Positions 51,001-64,000 of a stretch of 64,000 bases of DNA are shown here, piece after piece (positions within the stretch are counted from its first letter, which is position 1; each line of letters begins with the position of its first letter). The notes under the pieces were generated by a model that saw nothing but the letters and a program-made list of their open reading frames with translations, did no database searches and was not told the DNA's origin. Position numbers and translations under genes: made by a program. The stretch is from Octopus sinensis (Eukaryota): positions 16,442,464 through 16,506,463 of the forward strand of contig NC_043011.1 in the NCBI RefSeq assembly GCF_006345805.1, given 5' to 3'.

Positions 51001-51729
51001 CTATTATATTTCGACATCTGATAGTTCCGAATGACTTTCTGTTGCATCATTTCTTGCACCGTTGTGCTGGCGGGGTCGTGTTTGCTGCACTTTTGGGGTG
51101 GGATATTGTATTGTATCAATATGTTTTGTTACGGTGTTTGATTTGAGTCTTCCGTTGCATTAGTTGTTTGTATAGTGTGCTGCTTTTGCAGCGCAGGTTG
51201 TGTTCTTCTGCCTGGTATCGGCCTTCTATGGCACTTGTTGTAACCTTTCTTCATTTTGTTGGGATATTTACGGTATCATTTTATTCTCTATATATTTTGG
51301 AGGAATGTTTCATTAGTAGCGTGCGTATACCATAAATCAACTATTTCATAGTATTTACGGTTATCTGTTCACCGTTCTTTCTCTTCTTGTTGGTTTATTA
51401 TGGGTTCGTTTTTACAGCGTTTCCTTTTTTTAACGGAACACCGTCCATGGACATGTGTTGATATTTCTTACGTAGTTATAATCATTATTGATGTATCAGC
51501 GAGAGACCGAGAAGAAAATACAATGTGCATATATATAGAGGTCTTGTATAAATATGGATGTATATATAATTAAAATCTAAAATTTAAAAATGTTAGTCGC
51601 AGTTCTGCAGTTTTCGTAGCGGTATAGTTTTCTTTCATTGTTTTTGAGTATTCATAATTCCTGCTTCGTGAAAGCATCAGATTTGATCTATCTTCCCGCC
51701 AGCTTACTGTTACGCTTCCATGCTGTTTG

Positions 51730-51788
51730 GTATTCGAGGCTCATCATCATCATCCTCATCATTATTATTATTATTAATATTATTACTA

Positions 51789-51832
<44 letters not shown>

Positions 51833-51930
51833 GTTATTATTATTTTTGTTGTTGTTGTTTTTATTATTATCCTCCTCCTCCTCCTCCTCCTCTCATCATC
51901 ATCATCACCATTCTTCGTCTTCTTCTTCTT

Positions 51931-52000
<70 letters not shown>
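51730..52000. repeat. Compound trinucleotide array (ATC/ATT/GTT/CTC/TTC/ATT)
   Basis: Direct reading. Confidence 0.95.
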
Positions 52001-52003
<3 letters not shown>

Positions 52004-55000
52004 CGCATCTGGATGGTTTTATTGCTGTGCTTTAACCTGTATACATGTACAAGTCGTACTAACTATATGACAAAATTCTATCATCCCTCCCTATCAGATA
52101 TAGAGTTACGTTTCCTTTTTAGATGCTGGGTGTATTTTACGAGAGATGCTGCTTAAAATAGGCGTGTGCTATTAAGTAGAAAACAATTTAACTGCTGCTC
52201 TATGGTGATCAGTAACATACTAAGCACTTGCTATGTGCTTCCTGGATGTGCTTCTGGTTAAACCAATTCATGCCATAACTAATCAATTAGATGAATTCTG
52301 TTATTTGACAACCCTTAAACAGCAAGCCATTACATGGTTATTCAACTTGGCAGAAATAGCGTATATCCATCATATGATACACGATGATAAAAGGCAATAG
52401 CAAAACAAACCCAATATAGACATAGTTATCTATTTTTCTTTGCTTAAATGCACATTTTCCTTACATGATAATAATACTTTCTACAAGCCCTGGAATTTAA
52501 GGCGAGAATTAATTGATGACATCAACCCCAGTAATCGTCTTGTACATTATTTAATCACTCCGAAGTTATGAAAGGCAAGGTCTATAGTAGAGGCATTTGG
52601 ACTCAGAATGTAAAGCCGGATGAAATTGCTGCGAAGCATTTTTTCCGGCGTCCCATCTCAGTCCTTCTTTATGTAATGCTAATAAATAGTACGTAATTTT
52701 GTGATGAACTATTTCAGTGATGGAGGTTCGATTTCTCGCCGACATATTTTCGATTCCTTCAATAATGCATTACAGAGAAAACCAAGTGCATGACAAAATC
52801 TATTGAACCTCTCCTGAAGATAACTGCAACAAAACCCAATTCATGAATAATTATATTACAAAATTTCAGACAGACAATTCAAGGTGCCGCACTAATATAA
52901 ATGATAAAGTTCAATTAATATGCTATGATCGGTTATACATAACATAAAAAGAAACAAAGCAACCAAAATACTCTTTTTTAGATTGAAATGGAATAAAAGA
53001 CTACCGAAATCTTGACACTATTTTGTACACTCTATAACAATCAACAATATAGTCTATAGAATATATGTTGGTGAAAAGTTTAGCTAAAGCAGAATGAAAT
53101 AAAATAATACAATTTCAGAATGAAAACATAATTAATATACCAAATGACTGAAATATACAGGAAAATTAATCACGGGCAAATTTTTTAAAAGAAACATACT
53201 TATTCCTTTTTCTTTTTCAGGAAGGACAAAGATCAATGTCTTTATTAGAGATAAGCAAACAAATTGTTCTTACACGGCATACAGTCGTCAATAGGCATAG
53301 GAAAAATAATTAAAAACATGTTACTGGTTTCTGGTTTTATGTACGTTAGTGTTGTTGCGAATTACAACGGAATTTATAAGACAAGCTAAAACGTAAAAAT
53401 AAAACTAAAGTATTATGGTTGTTTTTTTTTTTGCATGTATAAATTTTTACAAGAAGGCAGTGTGAATGTTTTTATTTCGTGCCAAGAATCAGTTATATTT
53501 ACTTAATATTGTATGAATTGTAGTAGCTACATCACCCACCATTTCGTTCAAGGTTATGTCTCGTCATAAATATCATTTCAAAATGAAGCGCCTGTTTGAC
53601 AATAGTGTATACATTTTCTTATATTTTTATTAACAAACGTAAAAAAGTTATCGCATGTGTTTAACTATGCAATAAATGCGATTATGTTTTTATGGCTTAA
53701 TTGAATGAGGAAACTACTCATCCAATAGAATGTTGTATGAGACAGTGGTGGGTCAGGGAAACAGTGCTTATGAAACAGTGAAAGTTTATGAAAAAGTGGT
53801 GGGTCAGGGAAGTATGAAATACATCATATAGGTAGCTCTCACTAGTCATCAACAGATCCGACGCATTTACGTGCCATTATTCCATTTTCTAAGACAATTT
53901 TTCGTATAGCAGGGTAATTTAGAATATTACTCAATTAATAGAGATTATACCTCACTAATGGAGTATTATTACAAATGCTTCCCAGTATAAACAGTGTATG
54001 AAATATTAGTTTACGATTAACGCTAATTCGCTTTAGTAATTAACTTTTTAACGTTATATGTTACGCTTTGAAATTCATGGGTTACAGTAGCACATTCTAT
54101 AATATTAAATCATATGGTAGGAAAACGACAGTACTCTATTGACTAATAAAATTGTACAAATCAATATGCTATTTTGTAACAAATTTCATGATAGATCATA
54201 TTCATAGATCGTATAGAAGAAAAAGGATTTTATGGAAGTGGCTAATGCAATTACATAATTATTGGGAATCTAAATGTATTTCTGACATTTGAAATATTTC
54301 TCTGATTTTCTAAACTGATAGCCTAGACGAATCTAAATTCAATCCAATCGTGTACTGAATAATTATAATTAGTAACTGCTCTGAGTATAGTTGTACTACG
54401 AACACTTCTTTTAAAGCAGCTACGTTATTGGGTTGCAATGTTAAAGAATGAGCTGAAAAGCTTCAACAAATTTGCCGAATCAATATATAACTTGATTTCA
54501 CATCTAGAGTGGTAATCAATGTTAGAATTGTAAAATGTATCGAAATTGTCACAGAAAAGGAAATACATTTGGATCCGACAAATTTCTATAGTAAGATTGT
54601 GTTAAGAATAGTATGTATGCCAAATACAGAATTTACAGTAACTTTGTTTCTAAGTTACTTTTAAAAAATCAGAAACTGAAACTTGAAATCTAACGTACAA
54701 AGATTTAAGTGTGATTTACGACAAGAAATAACTATTCTGTGTTTCAAGGACCATATAAATATTTACACAATATATACGAGTGTCATAAGGAGAGCAAACA
54801 GAGGTGATTTACTAAACATTCTAAAATGTAAATAATTTAAGAAATCAAATGAAAGGTAATATATTTGAATATATATGTGAATGAGTAATAATCTTCATAT
54901 GTATACATACAAATATTTGGAAAGCCATACGAAAGCGTATTAATGTAAAAGGCAATTTAGAAAACCTTCCTCTCCCAGTGCAAAATTACACACACGCGGA

Positions 55001-55549
55001 AATATACACAGAAACACAACCACACAGCACAAACACATACTGATACACACATGCACACAAACACTCACACACATATATTCATGCATAGCTTATGTATGCA
55101 ATAAATTTTAAAAATAATGCATTTTGCAAATGAAATCTCCGTATCATTAATATCCTCAGAATATAACCTTACAATACAGCTTGTCATTTTAATAAAACTA
55201 AAATAAGAAAAGTCGTAAATCCTATGTCTCTTAGGAGACATAATGTTGCCATATTTGGAAAAATCCAAGCAGAATAAACCAAGGGTCAGAATAACATTTT
55301 TTTCAAAAATCATTTATAGAAATTTCACTTTTATCAGTCTCTATAAGGATTTCGTTTCTTTCTAGTAATATTTAGCTCTCTAGCAATATGAAACAGTAGA
55401 CCTTGGAGACTAACAATAAAAATAATGATACGATAAGTTAAAAAAACAACCAAAAATCCAAGATTGATTACTTTTATTGATCTGAAGGACCGGATTACTG
55501 GTATGCTGGGGCACCGACTTCAAATACACATATATGCATACGTATATTT

Positions 55550-55956
<407 letters not shown>

Positions 55957-56119
55957 CGAGAAAAAAGCAACAAGAATGGATTAGTTTTTTAGTACAATTG
56001 TTTCATACAAAGACAGGCTTTATTAAAAGCTGCAAATATTGCAGCAAATACAAGTGGGTGAGGCTACACTCATGAAGTATCGGAGATATATGTATATATA
56101 TATAATATATATATATACA

Positions 56120-56271
56120 TATTTGCATAAGCTTGCTTCCCAAACACATGGTCCCAGATTTAGTACTATTTCGTGGCACCTTGGGCCAGTGTCTTCTACT
56201 ATAGCCTCGGGCCGACCAAACCCTTTTGACTGGATTTGGTAGTGGATTTGGAAACTTAAAGAATCCCGTCG

Positions 56272-56280
<9 letters not shown>
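56120..56280 (-). mobile_element. Rearranged S2 SINE 5' fragment
   Basis: gtggcaccttgggccagtgtcttctactatagcctcgggccgaccaaa reads on the plus strand between SINE-like flanks; orientation of the whole uncertain. Confidence 0.55.
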
Positions 56281-56310
<30 letters not shown>

Positions 56311-56410
56311 ATAGGAATTTTTGTTGCACGATCCCTGATGCGAAACCGTGTGTTGAAACAGGCAAGGCGTATATCGGTATGGTAATAGTTTTTTAGGATG
56401 GGGGCAAATA

Positions 56411-56633
56411 ATTTATTACTGTTCTTATTCTAACTCATGGAAATCTTTCGTCACACACCTGTGATCTCTTTAGTGACAATTTCCGCCTTCGTATGTGCTC
56501 TTGCTCTCCTTAGTCTATTCTAAGCGTAGCAAGAGCACATACGAAGACGAAAAGTGTCGCTGAAGAGATCACAGGTGTGTGACGAAAGATTTCCAGATAA
56601 TGGACATGAGTTAGAAGAACAACAGTAATAAAT
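56411..56633. repeat. ~220-bp imperfect hairpin; right arm holds an HHR-like motif (56553-56600)
   Basis: ggaaatctttcgtcacacacctgtgatctct..ttcgtatgtgctcttgct versus agcaagagcacatacgaa..agagatcacaggtgtgtgacgaaagatttcc. Confidence 0.85.
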
Positions 56634-56699
56634 GAGTGGAGAACGGATATATAGTTCGTGTTTTTATTTGACAAAAATGACCATCTCGAAATACAACAG

Positions 56700-56930
56700 T
56701 ATGTGTGTGTGTGTATGTGTTTTTTGTCCGACACCATCGCGCTTGACAATCGGTGTTGTGTGCTTACGTCATCGTAACTAGCGGTTCGGTAAAGGTTATC
56801 GATACAATAAGTACTAGGTTCAAGAAATAAGTCATTGGCTGGATTTGGTTCACTAAAACCCTTTAAGGTTGTGCTCCTGCATGACCGCAGTGAAAATACT
56901 TAAACAACTAACAGAATAAAAGAATAAAGG
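56700..56930 (+). mobile_element. S2 SINE 3' half, diverged
   Basis: catcgcgcttgacaatcggtgttg..agcggttcggtaaa..gtgctcctgcatgaccgcagtg. Confidence 0.65.
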
Positions 56931-56979
56931 AATAAAAGAACATTCATATATATTAATGAATCATTTGCTCATCATCAAC

Positions 56980-58050
56980 GACATGTATTGACCTCGAATC
57001 TTCCGTATCAGCGATAGCTGGAAATTACCATGCGTGTTTCGATACCCGTTATATTCAAGTCATATGTGCTGAGGGTGCAGAATGATGACGTTGGTGGTAT
57101 AGATTGTCTGATTTGATTTTATGGTGACAACCTATTCGGCTGTGTGGCCAATCTCGCCTTAGCTGTGCATTCACTTAAGATTTTTGTCAAGTATTTCCGA
57201 TATTACTCATTGGATCATACACATCATGATGGCTTTGGGGACACCTTTGAACCGCTTCCACTGGTCCATCGTTGCCAGTTTCACTGGTATAGACACCTTA
57301 GCCCATGAGAGTCTTGAGAGTATTCTAGTCGTCAATACCGTATACATGATAGACTCAGTATCAGTGATGTTGCATCATTGCATGATCTCAGTCTTACTAC
57401 AATTTTTTTATTGGTAGTGTCACAGATTTTCCTGTAGCAGTGCATGCGAAATTGTTCCAGCTTCCCCATGTGGAAAAGGTGTGTATTTCACGCATGCAAA
57501 AAGTATTTGTCAGTCACAGTATGGTAGACTTGAAATTTAGTCCTCAACTGTACACCACGTACTGTCGACAAACGAAGACGCAGATGTCTAACTCTGTGTT
57601 TACTAAGTTATGCTATCAATGTGTCATTATACTCGTATTTTGAGTGATGGCAGTATCAAGATAGCATGACGTACAAAACACGGCTTTTGTGTTTTGTAGT
57701 TGCAGGTTATGACGGAAGATGTGGAAAATGAGCTGGTTTGAGATTAATGTAATCACTCCTACTTCTTTACATCGATCAGGTTATGGTGTACAATGGCATT
57801 GGTTAAGTCATCGATGTTATTAGCATCATCTAGCGTGTAAGAGATAAGTAGTAATCATCTGTATAGAGGAGAGCCTGTTGCGAAACATGATGTCTTTCGT
57901 TTGATATTTAGCCGCTGCATTTAAAGATGATACCTCTGTGCAATAACAGCACTTGGTTCATCATTACAATGCTGGACATCAGTCGGGGACTCTGCAGGAA
58001 ATACAAAGTATGAAAATCAATACGTGTCAGGAAAAGACACATTTTTTTAC
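56980..58050 (-). mobile_element. Decayed CR1/L2-like LINE RT-thumb remnant
   Basis: EAVQR motif (~57255), RGVQ.. (GVPQG-like, ~57550), ALLQENL (~57435); many stops. Confidence 0.4.
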
Positions 58051-58630
58051 CGATGTTGTCGGATAACAAATCAGAAAATGAATCCCCGTTTATACTGCAG
58101 CTGGCCGTTCCTTAACGCAAATACAGTATAGCATTAATTATATTATCAGCGCATGAAGTACCTGTGGATAAGACCAGCACATCATTTCTAACAGCTGAAA
58201 TGATTACCTTTGTGAAATCATTCATAAAGTTAGTGTTAAGGACCTTGGATTTGCATCTTACACTTCCTTTGGAATTCTAGGCCCGACTTCATTTATGTAA
58301 TGCGTTTGTGTGTGTGTATGTATGCACATTTATACACACGAGCGTGCGCGCGCACACATATATGTGTGTGAGATGTCTATGGGTATACTTTTTCATTTTA
58401 GGCAAAAGGCCTGAGATTTCGGAGGAGTGGGTAGGTCGAATACATCGACTCCTGTACGCAACTAGTACTTATTTTATCGAACCCGAAAGGATCAAGTGTA
58501 AAGTCGACCTCGACGGAACTTAAAGTCAGAGGGAGGTGTATAAATATAGGGGTCTATATAGAGCTATGTGTATAAATATATGTGTACACTTTGACATACA
58601 CATACAGATAAATGCAAGTATATGAAGATA

Positions 58631-58942
58631 TGTGGAGGCGCAATGGCCCAGTGGTTAGGGCAGCGGACTCGCGGTCGTAGGATCGCGGTTTCGATTCCCA
58701 GACCGGGTGTTGTTCGTGTTTGCTGAGTGAAAACACTTAAAACTCCACGAGGCTCCGTCAGGGGGTGGCGGCGATCCCTGCTGTACTCTTTCGCCACTAC
58801 TTTCTCTCACTCTTTCTTCTGTAGGCCTGCTCGCTTAGCCAGCGGGTTGGCGTCATTTGAAGGCTAAAACAATGCGAAGCGCATTGTGACCAGAGATGTG
58901 TAGCAACATCTGATAGTCTGGTCGGTCATGAGATCACGTGAT
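58631..58942 (+). mobile_element. tRNA-derived SINE family S4
   Basis: A-box tggcccagtggttagg, B-box ggtttcgattccc; head shared with 20828-21126, different 3' part. Confidence 0.8.
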
Positions 58943-59302
58943 ATACAGATATAATATCCTCTTCGTGAAATAAGTTTTTTGTGTTACATTACAAAAATTA
59001 CGAATCTTCCTGGTGATAATTACATACATATACATGTATAAATATACACATATATTCAGAGGGAAGGAAAGCATTTGTAATGTGCTAGCCCCCAAAACCA
59101 GAATAGTAGATTGCCATAACGCCAGTGAGAATACAAACAGCACTTCTCATGGACTGCTTTACTTAGACCTGCTGATATCCATTGATATCTATATCTAGTG
59201 AGTGTGCCTATACATACATACATATATACATACACAGACATACACATATAAATAAATAAATATATATATATATATATTATATATATAATATATATATATA
59301 TA

Positions 59303-59418
59303 TATACGTAAATATAAGAGAGTTAACGTTAAGTGGTTAAATCTAGTGCTAGAAATAGCTCCTTATTTCTAGCACTACAGTTAACCACTTAACGTTAACT
59401 CTCTTATATTTACGTATA
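59303..59418. repeat. Near-perfect 55-bp-arm hairpin next to (TA)n
   Basis: Arms 59303-59357 and 59364-59418, loop gctcct, two mismatches (59341/59380, 59343/59378). Confidence 0.9.
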
Positions 59419-59515
59419 AATTTGTACTGTCTCCTTGGTTTTTATGTGCTAGGACACTTGGTGTTAAACTGACGGTATTATTAAATTAATATCTAATTTT
59501 TCACCCTCATTTATG

Positions 59516-59574
<59 letters not shown>

Positions 59575-60417
59575 GGCAGTATGTGTATGTTTATAAACAC
59601 GCACAAAAACACAAAGGCTTTTATTTTTCATGCGTCATTCTTTCATGACATTTTATTTATTATTATGTTATCGCTCTCAGAATTAATCATGATTTTGACC
59701 CTTATGTTAAACATTGTGTGAAGAAATATTGCCGTTATATTTACGAAATATTTATCACGGCATCATGCCAAACAATTCCATCTTCAAAAATTAATTGTAT
59801 TGCCTCTATAATATCCCGGTTTTGAAATTTAATTTTCAAAGTAAGTTTCGAATATGAAGCAATTTGTTCTACAGAGTTAGTGGAAAGGGTGTAAGTATTT
59901 AAAAGCAACGGCAATATATGTATCTACGGATGTGGGTATTGTGTATATACATAATTCAACAAGACATTTCCGTTAGAATTATTGCTGATATCGGGGAAAA
60001 TAATGTTTCTTTTAGTATATATAACTTCCTTTATGTTTCTCACATGATTTCATTTTTCATTTTTTAAATTTAATTATTCCTATGTGTGTGTGTGTGTGTG
60101 TGCGTGTGTGGTAGGTTTCGGTGTCGCTGTGCGCTTGTGTACGTGTGAGCATACCTGTGACCGTACAAAAATATGCATATATATATATATATGTTATATA
60201 TATATATATATTAGATATATATATATGCAAATGTAATGTGTATATAAATTATTGTATATATACATATAAATTGTAAGTATATATAAGTATATGTTTATAT
60301 ATATATATATATATTATATATTATATACATAGTTAATCCAAACATGAAAACACAACGCGAGGACGTGGAACAAGTATAGTGTTATTGGACTCTCAGGAAA
60401 GGAAAGAAAGAAGAGTG

Positions 60418-60453
60418 ATTTAACGTTTCGAGCGGAGCTCCTCGTCAGAAACA
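60418..60453 (-). ncRNA. Minimal type-I hammerhead motif with intact core
   Basis: GTTT-CTGACGA-G-GAGC-tcc-GCTC-GAAAC-GT-T-AAAT inside a ~210-bp repeat (60320-60525) flanked by (TA)n. Confidence 0.75.
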
Positions 60454-60949
60454 ATAGAAAAGGAAAGATCCAAGGAAGGGAAGACGGAGTTAAAATCGCC
60501 AACGATACCACGCGGTTACTTTGTGTGTATATATATATATATATACACAAATTTTCTTGTGTTAGCAGTATGGTACCAACAAACATATTTAACACTTTAG
60601 CATTTAAACTGGCCATAAGTGTCCTAAATATTCTACCTAGCTTATTTTGAACTGTCCAGATCCAGCCTCTCACACCTATTCTACAATGTTATTCTAAAAA
60701 TAAGGAATCACATCATCATCAAAAACTTGAAGCTATAAGATAATACAATGTCATTTCAAAAGAATGTGAATAAATATGCCTTAGATTTAACATAGCGAAC
60801 TGAATGCTAATGGGTTAAAATATAGTTATGATATGTACAACTGAAGTGATTTTCGCTATCAAAAAGCAACCAAAATTAGCGTCAATTATTTTCCCCTCAT
60901 AGGATATTCGATTGTGACGTTGTAATTATTCACAATACAGAATAGAAAA

Positions 60950-61230
60950 AATTGGAAACATAAGCACATAACATACATCAAATGCGTAGATGCTATACAA
61001 GTTATAATGGCTACATGAAAGGAAGTTGAAAAACTAAAGGAAAGCTTGGAAAACAAATCCGTACAAAACTTTAACATCCAAGATAATACAAGCGAGACTC
61101 CGTTTTCAGAGAATAACTTTTATATCAGAGAAAGGAATTGTAGTTCTGCTTGCACCAAAGTATCAAACAAATGCGTGCAAAAATCACCCTCCAGGAGAAC
61201 ATTCATACTCTCGTCGACAATAAATGCATT
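60950..61230 (+). mobile_element. Possible decayed Dong/R4 3' end
   Basis: KEVEKL..QKSPSRRTFILS loosely matches KE.EKL..QK..LLGTA.ILR. Confidence 0.3.
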
Positions 61231-62598
61231 AGACAAAGTAATACATAGAAAAATACAAGTATTAATTAACAACAGATATTAATAATAGACTAATAGATTA
61301 ATTTATATAATATTACAGACACAAATATAATACAAAAAAATTGACTTCAGAGAATGCATGTTATAAAAATACACACATCGTACATTATAATTATGAATCG
61401 AATGCATAACAACCACGGAGTAGTTGAACACGTATTGAAAACATTCCTAAAATGGAACACAGAAAGCATCACAAACTTAATAATAAGCTACAAATAATAA
61501 GCTACATTACAAACTTAATAATAAGCTACAAAACATCAAAAGCAAAGCCCTGATATCGATAAAACAGCACAAACATGTAAGAATCCTGAACACGCTATTA
61601 AGGATTAATGCGATCAATAAATTTGACTATAAAAATTTAAAAGGAAATTAGCGTACACCTATTTGAGAATCTTTTATGAAGTATAGATTAGTCAGCTCTT
61701 TGTGAATATCTTTTTCATATAATTATATATCTTCAATTTAAGATTATCGATTTTCAAATATTGGGACTTGGAGCAAGTCCTCAACACCACCGTCTTCTCT
61801 TCAAAGTCTTTCGACCACTGTTTTGGTGAGACAACGTACCACTCCATAACATTGTCCTTGTTCTTTGCCATGTTTTTATTTTCAATTAAATGTCGAAAAA
61901 CTGTTCGCGATAAAAATTGTAAAAAGAAGGAAGAAAAGGAAAGAAATCAAAAGAAAGTTTCAACAAAAAGGAAGGAAGAAAAAGGAAATAGTTTAATAAA
62001 AATTAAGTCACAAATAAAAGATACAAGAAGAAAAGAGAACAGTTAAAAAAAACACAGCAAAAAATCTTTCGGCCACTCGGTACTCCAAGCCTATTTGGTA
62101 CTCCTATTTGACTCTGGAACGCCACAAGTTGCAACACAGCTTTCACCAAAATTGGTCAAAGTTGTTGTATCTTCGTTGAACTCTCACAAAAAAAAAATAC
62201 TATTCGCTAAAAGCGAACAAATTTTTGAAGCTGAATATGCATCAACAATTCTCACAATTAAGTGAGAAAAAAACTATTCTCTTAAAGTGAACAAAATTTT
62301 TGGAAGCAAGTTACGCCCCCAAACAATAATTCTCACAATTAAGTGAGAAAAACTATTCACTCAACTACCTGGCAGACCAGAATCCAGAATCCAGTGAGGA
62401 CTTCTCTCTTTTTGTAAAAAAAAAAATAGTATTACGGCAAATAACAAAACTCCACTGTAAAAAAAACACGAAAGTCTTACCAACACTGACAATGAAACGC
62501 ATGCGCAGTGGGAAGCAAGATTCTTACCACAGAGCCACGCCAGCGCCTTCAAATATTAAAATTTTTTTCGAAAATACTTTTAGCACACACACGCCAAC

Positions 62599-62659
<61 letters not shown>

Positions 62660-62794
62660 ACAAGTAGAAAGATACTTTTTTTAAAGCGTAAATAGTGTAC
62701 AGTATACAAACGAAGAATAAAATCCTTCATAAAAGCAGAAAAATTTGCCGGGCAGCCAGGACGTAACACACACACATCACACACATACACATAC

Positions 62795-62846
<52 letters not shown>

Positions 62847-63024
62847 TGATAGAAATGGTAAGAAAACAAAATGATGAAAGGGACCTCGATATTATATAAA
62901 TAGAGGAATTTATCTCTAAATGTAATATTGACAACTATTCGGTAGATGGCGTGGTTTCCGCCCCGACATCCGACACTCAGAGTTTTATCATGGCTACCGG
63001 ATAATTGTCACATATTGCATTTAC

Positions 63025-63068
<44 letters not shown>

Positions 63069-63093
63069 ACGCCCAGGAAAGGAAAGAAAGGCT

Positions 63094-63128
63094 GTTTCAT
63101 GTTTCGAGCAAAGTTCTTCTTCAGAAAC
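63094..63128 (-). ncRNA. Degenerate minimal hammerhead motif, same family as 60418
   Basis: GTTT-CTGAAGA-A-GAAC-ttt-GCTC-GAAAC-AT-G-AAAC; G at the cleavage position predicts inactivity. Confidence 0.55.
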
Positions 63129-64000
63129 GGGAAAGTTCAAAGGAAAAGGAAGACGGAAGAAAAAATATGGACCAAACCACATGTAGTTACATTTTAAAAT
63201 TCTCGGAAGTAGATGGACAAAGAGAAAGTGCTTTCTGAGGCTGGAGAATGTAAAGAAAGGTTTATGTCTCTGTATGTGAGGGTCTGTGCGTGTGTATGTG
63301 TGTGTGCGCGCGCGCGCGTGTGTGTGATTGCGTGTGTGTGTATAGGGTAGCGTGTGTGTGTGGCAGTAACTGTGTATGGTAACTATGTGTGTGTGTGTGT
63401 GCGTGTGTGGTGTGTGTAGTATCAACTATCTATATGTGTATATGTGAGTAATCTTTGTGTTTGTTACTGTCGTAGTAACAGGTGTCGTTGTTTTTGTGTA
63501 GTTGTGTTTTTTCACATGTGCGTAGGTGGGGTAGTCAGCAGTAGGTTGCTTGAGAGGCAGTCTGCATGGTATGTAATTGGAGGGGTGGATGTGAGTGTGT
63601 GTATGTGTGTGTGTTGATAGGTCTACGTAGACCGAGTGGGAATGTGTGTATGAGTGTGTGCGTATGAACATGTATATGGGTGCGTGTGTGTTCCACCCCC
63701 CAGAGAGAGAGAGAAAGAGAGAGAGATAATGCATATTTGCTCAAGGATATATCTGAGTGTTTGTGTATTTGTATGCGGTCCATCGATTATATCAGATTAT
63801 TTGGGAATTAACACGGATCTTTAACGGAGTCTCAGGTTGTACAGGTAAAAGGACGGATGAAATCTACTTCTCAGACATTCTGCGATGTTATTTTAACTCT
63901 TAGATACACTAACTGGAGAAGTTTATGTTGCAGTCCGACGATTAAGACATTCTCGTAATCTTATGTTTTGAAATTATAAATATATAGGCGTAGGCGTGGC

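Noticed and set aside
51638-52156. Poly-I/L/N/K/F ORFs (also 18142-18528, 47979-48223)
   Set aside because: Trinucleotide microsatellites.
53205-53300. Splice-acceptor-like ttttctttttcag as an exon start
   Set aside because: No convincing reading frame, donor or neighbouring exons.
62490-62550. acgcatgcgcagt as an NRF1-like promoter motif
   Set aside because: The minus strand is an S2 SINE head with an internal deletion between two ccca repeats; the motif overlaps that remnant.

Overview
Very AT-rich, repeat-saturated eukaryotic DNA with no host exon, rRNA, true tRNA or CRISPR array that I can support. The SINE families and the (TA)n/(CATA)n/(GATA)n microsatellite load resemble an octopus (cephalopod) genome; this is inference from recall, not a database hit. 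The ORF track is almost all microsatellite or antisense-to-transposon artefact. Recognisable content: three internally deleted Dong/R4-type LINEs, RTE, CR1-like and Tx1-like LINE remnants, a Gypsy integrase remnant, a Penelope-like (RT plus GIY-YIG) element, Helitron pieces, a near-full Tc1-superfamily element with DD36E spacing, a mariner fold-back and at least four tRNA-derived SINE families. The main hidden signal is a set of hammerhead ribozyme (HHR) motifs in several unrelated short repeats, mostly wedged in (TA)n or (AAT)n tracts and often in tandem or inverted pairs. The strongest cases are a ~490-bp tandem/inverted array (44821-46418) with three complete type-I HHRs carrying a long stem II, and a perfectly paired type-I HHR at 47436-47521. 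This looks like a retrozyme/circular-RNA system that the Penelope-like element could mobilise. All folds were paired by eye; activity and novelty are untested. Repeat boundaries are approximate unless a motif is quoted.
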